This document shows positions 37,842 through 51,049 of a stretch of 64,000 nt of DNA, piece by piece; the stretch's first letter is position 1; every line of letters begins with the position of its first letter. A program made the position numbers and the translations under genes. The DNA lies in the NCBI GenBank assembly GCA_002633005.1, contig NMRA01000226.1, forward strand, positions 127,728 to 191,727, in the 5' to 3' direction. The stretch comes from Phoronis australis. Taxonomy: Eukaryota > Animalia > Phoronida. Under the pieces are notes generated by a model. That model worked only from the letters and a program-made list of their open reading frames with translations, ran no database searches and was not told the DNA's origin.

Positions 37842-39150
37842 GTCATCGATGGAGTGCCGAAACTAGATTACTTTCCAAACTACAGTATCACATTCTGAAT
37901 ATAACGAATATGTAATGATTTTGCAATAGGATCTGGAAGTGTTTTTTATTCTCTCGAATTCCGTTTGTGGATTCCGCGGGGGACATCTCGTGATTTTTCG
38001 TATCCTGGTACTATGTATGTGCAGACATCCAGGAAAATACTTTCTGTTACTACGTCGAAAGTATGCTGCAGGATTTTGGAAAGGAAACGCTTTTGTACTC
38101 CTACATACAAAAAATACAAAAAACTCGATTCTTGGTCAATACCATTCCATCGTGACACTTTATTTACGTGTATTCATTTACGTTATGTGGAAATTGAAAT
38201 GTCCGTTATTTGGAAACCACGCAAAACATCGACGGATGTGTAGGCGTACGCCTGTCTGAAGTAAGTGAAATAATCGCCATTTTTATTTCTTCTGGTACAG
38301 GTACGCCGGGTCTTTTCTGGAAAACTGATTTTGCTCCGTTTTAGTCCAATTTCTAGAGTTTCTAGCTCCGTTGTGTTGGTGATATCTACAAATTAAGCAG
38401 TCAAACGTCAGGCAAGGCCCGTCGACTTTCAGCGTTCCTCAAAATACTGTGACTCACTTGGTAACGTGCTGGTTTCTGTGCTTTGTGGATCAGATGGACT
38501 TCCGGTTCGATCACTGAGCTGCATTTCTCCCTCAGCTTTGCCGGAATTGGAAACTGTATCCTGGACTGTATTTCTGTTGGAGGAGATTTACAATATTTTG
38601 TTGTATTTGATCGAATACCTCAGATTATCGCCAACGGGAGGGTGTCGGTTGGTTATTGTTTAAGATAGGTATGTCCCCGCCACTTTTTGTTTAAATCACA
38701 AAAAGGTTGGTTTCCTGCATGAAAGATGTCACTGAATATTTTTTTAGAATTTCAGAATAAACTTTTATTTCCGCTTATGGGACAAAATTCCCCGCGATAT
38801 TGTGTCCTGTGCGCGTAACCCAATGATGTTATTGTTATTATTATTAGAATTGTGTTACTGCTACTAATAATAGTAAAGACAACTATAATTGTAGTAGTTG
38901 TAGTAGTAATAATTATAATACTGGTGTTTGTTATCACAGAGCTTTTTTGAGATAATTAGTTCCTAGACAGTGCGCATTATAATCACAACGACAAGAAGGT
39001 CAGGCGCCATGGTGTCCGTGTGCACATAGTTTAATTAAAAGGTGTCCTTGACGAAACTCTGCCGAATGTTTTGAAAGCGGTAGCTCGATCTCCAACGCTT
39101 GCAATCAAGTACACACCATGTCAGTTATCAAGGCGCCCAGATACCAGGTA

Positions 39151-41030
39151 NCCCCCCCCCCCGTGTAAAACTTGGACAAGAAATCGTGATGATCGGAACG
39201 ACTGCATAGGGGAGGCAAACAAATTGGTGAAGAGGAGCCAGAACCACGATTGGGAGGTTAGAAATGGAGTTATCAGTGGCTAAATATGGTGACAGACCCC
39301 AAGGGAAGTGGCGCAGTTGTGAGATCCCAGGTATTTTATATCTTAGGGCCTCAAGAAAAACGCTTAAGGCCTCCAAACAAATTCAACCTCTAGGTCATCG
39401 TGAACTTACAGTGACGTATCGGTTACCCATTCTAAGGACCTCAGCATGTCTTCCCAATAGACGTCTAGCTCTTCACTTCTCTTCATAGCTGACTCAAAAT
39501 ACTCTCTATCACGTTCCCATTGTCTTGGAGACATATCTACTCCGTCACCGTTTTCTTTACTGGTCGGAACTGTAGCAACACTGTCCATATTTCCAACTTG
39601 TCCGCCTTCCTTTCTAGCAACTTGAGAGCAATAGAAATAATATGCTGCTAACGTCACGGCATTGTCACGTTGTTCACGTTTCTCTTCCATGGTAATTATC
39701 ACAGTGACATATAAAAGTCGTGACAACCATTAACTCTGTGTGCCTCTTCATAGAGTTGATCTATCACACATCTATGCTGTCATGTCGAATATTTTCTGGC
39801 AGTGGCGGATTGACTAGGTTTCTCGGGAGTGCGCAATGGAAATTCTCAGGGATCTTGGATTTGACTGAGTTCCCCGGTCGCTGGCAATATAAGCTTTCGC
39901 CAAAGTTTTTTGTGCCCGGTAGTTGCAAATTTTTATTAATAGAATTGCATTTCATCCCCTCAACTTCGTCCCTTCCGCCGAAAGCATTTTCGCTCAAAAG
40001 TATCGAGTTTTACAAAGTGTTTCGTGCGACTGTAAGGCGTGGCGGNNNNNNNNNNNNNNNNNNNNNNNNNNNNNNNNNNNNNNNNNNNNNNNNNNNNNNN
40101 NNNNNNNNNNNNNNNNNNNNNNNNNNNNNNNNNCCCCGTGTAAAACTTGGACAAGAAATCGTGATGATCGGAACGACTGCATAGGGGAGGCAAACAAATT
40201 GGTGAAGAGGAGCCAGAACCCCGATTGGGAGGTTAGAAATGGAGTTATCAGTGGCCAAATATGGTGACAGACCCCAAGGGAAGTGGCGCAGTTGTGAGAT
40301 CCCAGGTATTTTATATCTTAGGGCCTCAAGAAAAAAGCTTAAGGCCTCCAAACAAATTCAACCTCTTGGTCATCGTGAACTTACAATGACGTATCGGTTA
40401 CCCATTCTAAGGACCTCAGCATGTCTTCCCAATAGACGTCTAGCTCTTCACTTCTCTTCATAGCTGATTCAAAATACTCTCTATCACGTTCCCATTGTCT
40501 TGGAGACATATCTACTCCGTCACCGTTTTCTTTACTGGTTGGAACTGTAGCAACACTGTCCATATTTCCAACTTGTCCGCCTTCCTTTCTAGCAACTTGA
40601 GAGCAACAGAAACAATATGCTGCTAACGTCACGGCATTGTCACGTTGTTCACGTTTCTCTTCTATGGTAATCATCACAGTGACATATAAAAGTCGTGACA
40701 ACCATTAACTCTGTGTGCCTCTTCATAGAGTTGATCTATCACACATCTATGCTGTCATGTCGAATATTTTCTGGCACTGGCGGATTGACTAGGTTTCTCG
40801 GGAGTGCGCAATGGAAATTCTCAGGGATCTTGGATTTGACTGAGTTCCCCGGTCGCTGGCAATATAAGCTTTCGCCAAAGTTTTTTGTGCCCGGTAGTTG
40901 CAAATTTTTATTAATAGCATTGCATTTCATCCCCTCAACTTCGTCCCTTCCGCCGAAAGCATTTTCGCTCAAAAGTATCGAGTTTTACAAAGTGTTTCGT
41001 GCGACTGTAAGGCGTGGCGGCCGGGCCGGG
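39151..41030. repeat. Tandem ~0.9-kb duplication (39152-40045; 40134-41020) spanning an 88-N assembly gap
   Basis: Offset 975; about 13 substitutions between copies; N at 39151 and 40046-40133. Confidence 0.95.
39406..39690 (-). CDS. Uncharacterised acidic ~94-aa ORF (MEEKREQRDNAV...EWVTDTSL); second copy at 40381 has ATG>ATA
   Basis: Kozak-like accATGG; helical-looking composition; no family recognised. Confidence 0.35.
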   Translation of the reverse strand: MEEKREQRDNAVTLAAYYFYCSQVARKEGGQVGNMDSVATVPTSKENGDGVDMSPRQWERDREYFESAMKRSEELDVYWEDMLRSLEWVTDTSL

Positions 41031-43394
41031 CCCCTGGTTTGCTTGGGACACTGTATGCTACGACGCTGGAGAGGGACCCAGTATTATGAGATACATACAT
41101 AAAAATGTTCACGGGAAATTCTCAAAAATGAGACTCAGAAGGAATGCACGAATGTATTGAACATGTAAGTTTTTCCAAAAATGAATTTTCACTTCCGCTG
41201 ACTGCTTGTTGACTTAGGAAAAAGATAATTGTTTATGTTCGTAGAAAGGTGCCATCGGATCAAATCAAGATGTATGCATTAGCTCACTTTTGCACTTCCT
41301 TGGCGTTTTCATGGGGATTCTAATAGCATTGTGCAATAAATTTTCGTTCTCTAAAACTTAAGTTGTTTGTCATTCTCGTGAATACAGAACACGTGACGAT
41401 TCAGGCGTCTATTTCCACAGCAAGGTGGCATGTCATAACGATACAGTACTAGTAATCCCAGGAGCACAGGCTGCCGGGTCCACGGACAGTGTTTGAAATT
41501 CAACGAACACTATACTGGCCCGGCGGGACAGTTGGTCTGAAAATTTACTGGCCCGGGTGCCAAGTTAACTTCTAAAATTACTGTCTCGGCGGCAAATCCA
41601 TTGGTCCCGGGACACCGTGCCAACGTGTATTTCGAAAGCTGTCCACGGAAACTGAATTTGGACTTCCAGCGTCACTGAAGTTTGAGTACATTTTCGGGAC
41701 ACCCTGTATTTTGGTATCGACTAGTTGCTGTTTGGGATGATGAGAATTCTTAGTAAAATTGAGCAATTGACTTCAAACCTAGTCACTTCAGCTATCACAG
41801 CGTAGGGGTGTTTGCAACTGGATCATATGCAAGTTTACCAAATGTACCTATTGCTATATCCACGCAGAGAAAGCCTGAAATATGAAACTGATTGGAAATT
41901 CCGCGCTCCATGCGATATTTTAATATTGCCGCGATATTCACGTTTTCATTCGTTTGACATACAAGTGCGCATTTTTTACACGAAATGGAATCGTGAAATC
42001 ATGTATCAAGTACAGTATGAGTGTGCATACGAGCTCGCATAATATTTTAGACCTCCATAGATTTTTGCATGAATACAGAAGCGTGATACACGCTACTTAA
42101 TATAAAAATTTCAGCATACAGGTATCGGAAATTTTCGTCAACCTCAAAAAGTAACTATCACTTGGGTTGGTCCAATATGAGTTAGGCAGCAACCTTATTC
42201 TCAAATGATTGTACTGAGAAGGGAAATACTCAAATCAAAGTGAAATTCATTTTCCACAAATTTTGACCAGAGCTTTGTTTACACAAGAACACTCGAATCT
42301 TTTATCTTGCCACCTCTACCAACAGTCTATGGTTTGAAGAGTGAAACTTTGCAAAAGAACTTATGAAGCAATGGGGTAATTTAAATGAAACATACACGTA
42401 GGCTTCAAAATTAAAAGTTTGTTCAAAGACTTGTAGAAATAATTCTTCGCACCCAACTCCTTGCAAAAGCCACACAAACCAAAGCTATATCTGTTTGACA
42501 GTGCCTTAACAGATGTGCCCATGCAGATCTTCCCGCCTCGTCTGATTTCAAAGCATATTGTAGACCAACTTGGAATTACGCGAAGACGGCAATTTTAATA
42601 ACTTCAACCAACATTTGATTTACGTTAGAAATAATTTGACAAAAATGCAATGTGCCACATTCTCTATACATCGCTTCAGCGCCATAACTGAAGATTAGGA
42701 AAACCATTTGTCAAAACCTCTAGATATCTGCTAGTGGAAGATTAGCACATTTGTGCTGAAACTTTTTAATCATTAAAGCTGCTTTTTTGCTTGGGTAGTC
42801 AATGTCTCAGTAGCCTGTGAGCTCATAAGTTTGGGGGTAAAACACACACCGAGGTATTTTTAAAACGAGGGCACTGTAATATTTTTCGTACTGATTACGC
42901 AATGGCCCACCTCATCTGAAAATGACATTTTGTGTCTTTAAAGTTTAAACTCATTCCCCTGTCACGGCAGTACTTAATTTGTAAAACATTTATTTGCCAT
43001 GCGCTGGATTTTTATAACTGTTTCAGCACAGCCCACCATATCATCTGCATACATAAAGACACCGTGACTCAGCTCGGGAACATCTTCACTGATAAATATA
43101 CCAACAATATTTTCTTTGGTAAGATAATTTAAAAAATCACCAACGTACAATACAAATAGAAATTAGCGCGACACATTCGCCCTTGAAGTTTTCAATGATA
43201 AATAATATAGTCAGGCCGCCATCTGTTCTCAGAACATTGCCATGTTATGTAAACTCCTTTTTTAAACCTTTACCATAGCAATTAAGTTACGTGGATTATT
43301 GATTGTCGCAATAAACGGAGAAATTAACAAAAAGAGCATAAAATCGTCCCGTTCTTATTGAAATCAAAACACTCAATCACTCGCATGGGCGACG

Positions 43395-44040
43395 CTGGCC
43401 TCGTTCCAACCATGAATGCCAGAATGGAGTTAATCAGTCGTGTAATACATTGGCTATAGGGGTAAACCATCACAGCGTTCTGTCATTCAGTAATTCTTTT
43501 CCAGACGTGAGGGGTGTTGAACGTGCGATAACATTTAGCTAGCTCTTTTGTTAACTTCCCAGCTCAATCTTTTGTCCCGTATGATAACAAAGAAGGCCAA
43601 TTATCTCCCGGGCTTCAAAGGAAACGTATGGTTGCACGCTATTACCGAACGTGTATGAACACAGTCAAACCCAGTGCGGCGTTGGTAATCCGTTTGGACA
43701 GAACAGGTTGTCTTTACGTCCGTCGTAGTAGGGCGATTTTGGTGATTCAAAAACGGAACATGATCATCATTTGACGAGGAATTCAGAAATGCTATTTGAT
43801 ATGCTCAAATATGTTATAACTTAACTTTCATTTTTATCACCCCAGCCCAGTCAGGCTAGATACGATCTTATCGGAGATTAGAGCAATTATCGAACAAAAG
43901 AGCGCAGGCCCTCCAACCATAAATTCCAGAATGGAGTTAATCATTCGTGTAAGATATTGGCTAAGGGGGTAAACTTCCCAACTTGTTGTTGGGCTTTAAA
44001 ATAGAACAAGTTGGGAGCAAGGGGAAAACGCCGTAATGGA
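43395..44040 (-). mobile_element. Partial inverted copy of the 13067-14052 family
   Basis: Reverse complement aligns with ~13160-13530; the ccagaatggagttaatc block occurs twice. Confidence 0.8.
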
Positions 44041-44628
44041 TTTATTGTATTTACATATACTCATGAAATAAAGTTTTAAAAAAGTACTGTGGGCCTAACC
44101 CCGTTTTTACCGGTGTACCCCGGCAGCGTGCGTGTGTATGCGCATTCTAGCTATCACGGCCGGTGTACGCGGGACCCACTTATCGGGCGCGAGTGTCGAG
44201 GACAAAATTGGCCAACAGGATCACTGTTGGTGTGGGTCACATGACCATTTTCTTAGAAGGCTTGGGTAGATCGAGCAGTTTCGTGATGTAATGTGTCTTT
44301 TCTTGTTTTGTTGTATTTCTCAGCAGGTTCATGTGGAGAACTTCTCGCTTACACTGGTTACCGCTCTGAGTCCCTAAGCTCCAGACAACTTTTACTACCT
44401 CCGTATTCATCACGCCCTTTGACGGCTTTGTATTGATCTGAACTGAAGTGGAAAGGTAATCGCTATGTAGTGAGACGTTATTTGACCTGTCTCACTGCTG
44501 CGCCAGCCTTTTGTATCGGCCGCAGAAGGGCTGCTGAATATTCATGTAGCGTCGGCTGTCTCCAAGACGAACAGCAGTAGTCTCGATGCCAACAGAGGGC
44601 GCGCGTGGCTAAAGACCAGCGCAGCAGT

Positions 44629-45510
44629 TAGGCAATGACCATCGCCTCTGTTGGCCCGAAGCAGAGGCGATGTAGAGGCTATAGGCGCTCTGTACGCCGG
44701 AAGCTTTTCGGCGAATTATGCCTCGCACCGACTAAACCATCAAAGTCACGTTGTTACCTTTTGCGCATAGAGGAACACCTTAGGAGGTTGTCGGTGTGAT
44801 TAATTCCTTCCAACTCGAACAAATACTCCCGTTATGAAACTTTTTCTTCGAGCAGTCCCTATTTCAGTGAACTCACCATTTTTATACTGCGCACGCTCCA
44901 ATTCATGACCTCAATCTTTAAATAGGCCAAAGGTGAGCCATTGCGGTCTTGTCAGTCAAATGTTCGTTTCCAAAATGCCACCACTTATACTTGTCTTTAA
45001 TTGGCGTTACTTGAAACTGATTGTATTTCAATGAATCATTGTTTGTATTTGATAAAAATAAATGCTGTTGATATGACATTTAATAGTCTTTGTGCACATA
45101 TTTGACATTTTAATGTTTAACAACACGGCAAATGCACGGCTGGTTCCCGGCAGCACGTACGCGAAGGGCGGGAACTTCAGCTTTCAAAGTTCGCCGGTAG
45201 GTCCGCAACTTCTGACCTTCGGCCTGGTTAAAAAAATGAAAAAGTTGATTTCACGATTTTGGGAACTGAAATAGGGACTGCTCGAAGAAAAAGTTTCATA
45301 ACGGGAGTATTTGTTCGAGTTGGAAGGAATTAAACACATCGACAACCTCCTAAGGTGTTCCTCTATGCGCAAAAGGTATTTGTAACAACGTGACTTTGAT
45401 GGTTTAGTCGGTGCGAGGCATAATTCGCCGAAAAGCTTCCGGCGTACAGAGCGCCTATAGCCTCTACATCGCCTCTGCTTCGGGCCAACAGAGGCGATGG
45501 TCATTGCCTA
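44629..45510. mobile_element. MULE-like foldback/MITE with ~240-bp TIRs inserted in the 3' LTR
   Basis: TIRs 44629-44868 and ~45264-45510; 9-bp TSD CGCAGCAGT (44620-44628, 45511-45519); single-copy empty site in the other LTR (49538-49546). Confidence 0.92.
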
Positions 45511-47415
45511 CGCAGCAGTGAGACAAGTCAAATAACGTCTCACTACACTCTCCTCCGTTTTATTTGATTAGAGCCGAAACGTAACGGAGTACTCTTATTT
45601 TTGATTTGTAAGACGAGGCTTCCTATACTGGTCGTTGTTGCACAACAATTAAAGTTTAGAAATAGCCGTTACCATCTGTGCGCTGCTACAATGCAGTGCG
45701 ACGTATAATTGTTAACGGTCACCAAATGCTACTGTACGTATATTTCCGCGCTATCTGATCTGGTCATTATGCTGGCCAACACCACCACCCTCACTAATTT
45801 GAAAAGAATGCATGGTTGAGGTATGTCTCGCGTTGGTTGACGTAGTAAGCCGGGCTTCATAGCGGAACATTTTTTTTCTATGCGAATAGCAGGCTGTTTA
45901 CCAGGCACCGCCGTAATAACTCTAGCGTTCTCCCTAGTAACCGCTGCGGCGCACCGAGTCAAGTCGCATATCGCCGTGACAGTGCATTAACTTTTACGCG
46001 TGGATAGAGTCACGGCATGCGATACGCCACAAGTGGAAGCGCGTTGACAACTTAATGCGGCTCAAACGAGTAGCCACCAATTTAGAAGCGCTTGCAGATG
46101 AATCACTGTGCAGCAGAACGCCAGCGCACAATCGACCAAGCCCACAGAGGCAAAACTTAATTGACGCTGCCATATACGTGGTACAAACCATGGGAATCGA
46201 ACAAATGATTCGTCCTGATCCGAACCCCAACGAAATCTCTCGCGTCCCCTACCAAATATGGTATGGCACATAGCCGGACCGCTCACACAAGCGAGAGGAA
46301 ATCACAGCTCTAAAGCACGTGACAGCTAGCAATGCGTGGGGTGTCGGGTTCACCGTCATGACAACATGTGTCCGAATCCCGGCATGGCGGGGAGGTGTCT
46401 GTTGGCTGCATGGAAACCTGCAATGCTCCAGCCTTGCGAAACGTTGGTGCCATCTCAGTAAACACAGTCACAGAATTGACCGTGACATCAGCCGATAAGA
46501 GTGCCAAAGTGTGTGTAGACAATGTAACCGGGACGACCTGAGAAACGTCCGCCATCTAGCAATCATTAACCGTGGCTTTGTTACAGGTCACTGGACATGG
46601 CACATCACACGCTGTCATTTTTAACGACGGCAGCGGAGTGGCTGATGAGTCCCAAACGCCTAAAAGTTCTAGAATTTCACCGACTGTCTCACTCAACGCA
46701 AGAAACGGGTCTTGCTCAACAAGGACGTCAGCTTTTATGTCCGCCATAGGGCTGCCGTTGCATGGTGCCACCCCAGATTGCCGATTTCTCATCATTTCTC
46801 TGTCAGCCTCCACCGTCGCTACCGGTGAAGGTATACTAACAGCCATAATCGACAAGTGTTCTGCGTTCATAGGAGAAGACGCCATGGCAATGGCGATTTC
46901 ACCACCCTCAGTTATTTGTTTATTCTTGACCTCCTCAGCTAATGGAACGTCACTGACAGATGAGGCGGATACGGTTGTTGGAACGTCATCAACATTTAAT
47001 GTCCATCACTTGACCACTAACAGGGTCAAGCATTCCGCCAACTTCCGAGGTTTGTTTATCGAACACATGTTTAGGTGCCAGTGCTGTATCAATACGCTTT
47101 CCACCTGGTTCAAGCGGAAATCGTAGCAATTCCACCAACTCGGCGATTGTGCTCCCCAAGGCATCAAACGGGTCCACCTCAGTGGAGACATCAACAATGA
47201 CGTCCACCGGTGGATCGCTGGTGGTCCCCCTCGTTGCGTGCTCGACGGGTGCTGCAGCGCCCTCGCTATTTTCAGCGAACAGCTGGCACAAACTTTCTAG
47301 CGTATTGTCCTCGTCACTGGGCCGAAGACGGGCCGGCTTACGCTACTGGTGGACGATGTTGGGGGAACGCTGCTGATTTGCGATCTGGGCGGGCTTGAAT
47401 TCCCATGGACCGGGG

Positions 47416-47580
47416 TTAAGCCCGAGACTCCAGTCCACTTTCATTTTCCGAGTGCTCGTCAAAAGTCACAGAGCGGGCACCCAAATTATTAAGCATGGGG
47501 CAATCCCGTTTAATATGGCCCCTGCGCCCACAAGAAAAACATGCGCCACTAGAGGGCGACCTGGTAGAAATGGTGGAAGC
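47416..47580 (-). pseudogene. gag: Gag C-terminus with CCHC zinc knuckle
   Basis: CFSCGRRGHIKRDC followed by ...SENESGLESRA*. Confidence 0.8.
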
Positions 47581-47649
47581 TGATGACCCTAGCCTTACCC
47601 CACAACAGGCACCATTCCCCAGTGAGGTGTCAGGCAACGTCGTTTCCGG

Positions 47650-47945
47650 ATTCCTGGCTATGGTTGACGTTGTGGTAGGGGGTACTCATTTCTAGCTGTC
47701 GTTGATTGTGGAGCCCAAAAAACGATTATTTCGGACTCTGTGTATAAAAAGCTATGTCCTAAGCCTGAAATTGTTCAACACATTACCATCCATGCCACTG
47801 GACGTGACATGTCTATGCCCGGGTTCGTTTTGGCGAAAACCGAACTCAGAAGTTGGGTAATGTGGTATTTGAATACGACATGCTGTTAGGCTTGGATTTC
47901 TTGCGTAAGCATGGCCTAACCGCAGATTTCAAGGCTGGAACATCG
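47650..47945 (+). pseudogene. Frameshifted retropepsin aspartic protease, inverted relative to its element
   Basis: VDVVVGGTHF / LAVVDCGAQKTIISDSVYKKL ... / YDMLLGLDFLRKHG. Confidence 0.8.
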
Positions 47946-50900
47946 ACCATGAAGCGCTCAAGAAGGTGCGAGGTGGTGGCGTGGCCCCCAGAGTCCCCGT
48001 GGGAATGCATCCGCACGAGTCGGGCAAGGTGTATGTCTCACAAATTGGCTGATTAACGCGTCGCACTCCGGCTCCGCAACGGGGTATGGTGGCGCATTGC
48101 TAGGTTGTTGGAATGGTGGTGTGCCACGTGACTGATGGCAATTAGGAGCCTCACCACGTGACCCTGGAAGGGTGACCAACTGTCTTGCCTGGCTCTTTGG
48201 CATGATCGTACACAAATCCGAGAAGGACACGGTCACGCTGTCGTCCATGTTTATATAATGGACGGAAACTAGTAATCAATAGCTACCCGCAATGACAGAT
48301 CTAGACAGACACTTGAAAATTTTATTAATGAAGGCACGTTCACTTAAGGCGAGGCATTGATAGACAACTTTTGGAATGTCCTGCTCCATCAGGACACGGT
48401 GCAGGGTGTTGTCCCTACTATAAACACTGATAACCAAGCCTAGGAAACACGCTGAGGACCAGCGCACGTGGAAAAAATGCAAAGTCCTTACGACACGGCA
48501 CGTCAGAATGGACGTGCACAACAAAATGACAAAAGTAAGACGAACTGCTAGAGAAATGATTATATGTACTGGAAAAAACTAAGGGACGCTTTTTAATGAA
48601 GCGTCAAAGGCCTTGTCGTGAAACAGTTAGGTGGCAAGTCTGTGCAAAACGACAGATGGCTCATGTTTGTGCTAACCCGATCCAGCGAATATTTATCTTG
48701 TTTTTGTGGCATAATAAAAAGTTCAGAGAAAACTTAAGCAACTAATGTTAAATGCCAAAAGGGAAGGAACAAGTGTTTGCTAGGCACTTGTACCCTCCGA
48801 AAATCGGTTGTCGAAACTTGAAAAAACAATGAAACCAGAAAACTCCGAATTACCGAAAAACAACAGATGTTCGCTACGCATCCGCTGCCGCTAAAATCTT
48901 TCAAAGAACCTGCTACTCAACTCAGATCCCAAAAACAAAAAACAATCTACAATTTCTAAAAATCCTGCCCTAAGGCACACATGCAACGTCCGGATCTATG
49001 CTTTTCCGCGACTTACGGCTCCCCGCCTGCAGAACGAAAAGCTCACCGTGAGCAACCGCTGGGTGTGTCCCCGAAATTCAGAAAGATAGAGCCTAGAGTA
49101 ACAAATTTTTCGGTTTCCTCCCCGGGTTCCGCCAAAAATTGCCACTCGCGACTAATCGAAAAAACTAAAGTAATCCACGTGAAGGTCTGAACTGTCTCCA
49201 CCTAGTCCCACCAGGTACGGAAGGGCAATTAAGCTAGTTCGCTAAATAGCAACTACGCCAATGTAGTGAATTCCAAAGTGTCTTACCTTGTAATAACACT
49301 ATAGGTGCTCCTAAATCAAGTCTCAGTCAGTAGTTCAGTTGTCGGTATTCGTAAAGCCCCGGTCCAGTCCTTGCGCCAGCCTTTCGTGTTGGCCACAGAA
49401 GGGCTGCTGAATATTCATGTAGCGCCCTCATTGGCCATCACCGGCATATGGGCCGGGACAGCCAACGTCAGCAGTCTCCAAGACGAATAGCAGTCGTCTC
49501 TCGATGCCGACAGAGGGCGCGTGTGGCAGAAGGCCAGCGCAGCAGTGTGACAGGTCAAATAAGGTCTCGCTACAGCTAGCGGTACTTTCTTTACAATGGT
49601 GGTCCTTATTACAGTCAAATTGTTTGTTCTCTGGCGTTTGCACAGAGCTAAAGCCTGCAATATGGAGAGCAGTTTTAAGTTAAATTGGTACATTTTAAAT
49701 TTTACAAAAAGTCTAAAAAGTTGATATGCGTTGATCTTGACGAAGGGCCAATTCCCAAATTAACGTTGGTTTTAAATATGTTTCATACGTGTTTTCATTA
49801 CTTTATTTTAATACTCCTATCTGCTTTTTTTTTCTTACCGGTTAGGGTTGCTATCTTTTTATTTTGTGTTTAATCGAAACACCAAAACAACTTAGAAAGT
49901 CAGTTAATTGTGAACCCATCTCTACAGTAAGTTTTCCAGATTATAGGTACATCAAACATGTCACAGCAAACAAAGCTACACGTGTCATTAGTTCAATTTT
50001 AATTTTTATGAGAACTAAAATAATAAAATATATACAAATGTGCAAGTATGGTGATAGCCAAACTGAAGACTGTATATTTGTATTATCTACAGGTCAGTGT
50101 CATGGGTCGGTACAAAGAAAGAGGTCCTTTCCAAAAGTCAAAGTTTGCATGTGATAAACTTGATTAGGATATTGTCAAATTGTAATTTTTGATTCTGTGA
50201 GTAAACAACGACAAATATTCAAAAGGTCTAGGGAACTTACCTGAGTCCCTATTTCATTGGAATGACAATACTCCCCATCTGGCTACGTGTGGGTGCAAGC
50301 TTTTACCACCATCAAATAGAGTGCCACCTCATTGACTAATTTCTTTTTTCACTATTCTTCAATCAACTAGTCTTCCACATAGGTCTGTGTACTGTTACCA
50401 ACAAAAAGCTGGAATATTGGTTTTGGTTTAAGATTTGGTGTTTTATTATCAGCAAACTGTATTTCTGAGCATGCAACTTATCCTTCAAATGAACTTTGTT
50501 TACTAAAAAGTGAGCTTGTGGGAGTGTCACGAGCGTACCGTTTTGCGGCATGCATCCCATCTGTGATGAACAGATCTACCTGTGCTATGTGGAATTTTGG
50601 GATCTATAGAAACTTTACATGCAGGTGTTACTTAGCTGTAGTAACCTTACATGCAAACAGTCAGAAAGTAGTACTACTCATATGTTGTGATTTTGCTTGC
50701 AGTTTTCGTGTAAAGCAGTTTTCAAATAAAATGTAAATGTGATACTTCACAGTTGTTTCAAAACATACTTGGATTGGTATAATTGTCAACAGGTTCACTT
50801 TTCATTCACAGGAATTCGCAATCCAAATTAAAGAAGTCATCAAACAATGACTTTCAAAAACACAATTCCTTGATCTGTTTCCGCTCCCACTAGAAGAAAC

Positions 50901-51049
50901 CCTCAAAGACTGTTCTTGTTTCCAAAGTGGTATACAAGTTAAAACGTGGTCAATAAGTAATTTGACATCTTTTTTCATATCACTCAATGACAAATGGATC
51001 TGTTGATGAAATGACGTGGGGAGTAAGACATTTGTCTGGAACACGTTGA

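Larger units (their letters stand above)
44466..49574 (-). mobile_element. Non-autonomous, rearranged gypsy-like LTR retrotransposon
   Basis: 4-bp TSD GCTA (44462-44465, 49575-49578). 5' LTR 49574-49262 TGTAG...CTACA. PBS TGGCGTAGTTG (49260-49250), tRNA-Ser-like. PPT AAAACGGAGGAGAG (45561-45548) abuts the 3' LTR 45547-44466. Gag knuckle CFSCGRRGHIKRDC and a protease relic; no RT/IN recognised. Confidence 0.88.

Noticed and set aside
39699-39730. CACAGTG heptamer suggesting an RSS or Transib end
   Set aside because: No nonamer at 12- or 23-bp spacing and no matching opposite end.
44089-44465. GC-rich block starting TGTGGG and possibly resuming at 49579 (...TTTACA-A-TGGTGGTCC) as an older host LTR with PBS
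   Set aside because: No second LTR, no TSD and only a weak tRNA match.
46572-47126. 184-aa + strand ORF
   Set aside because: Antisense shadow of the GC-richer retroelement frame on the minus strand.
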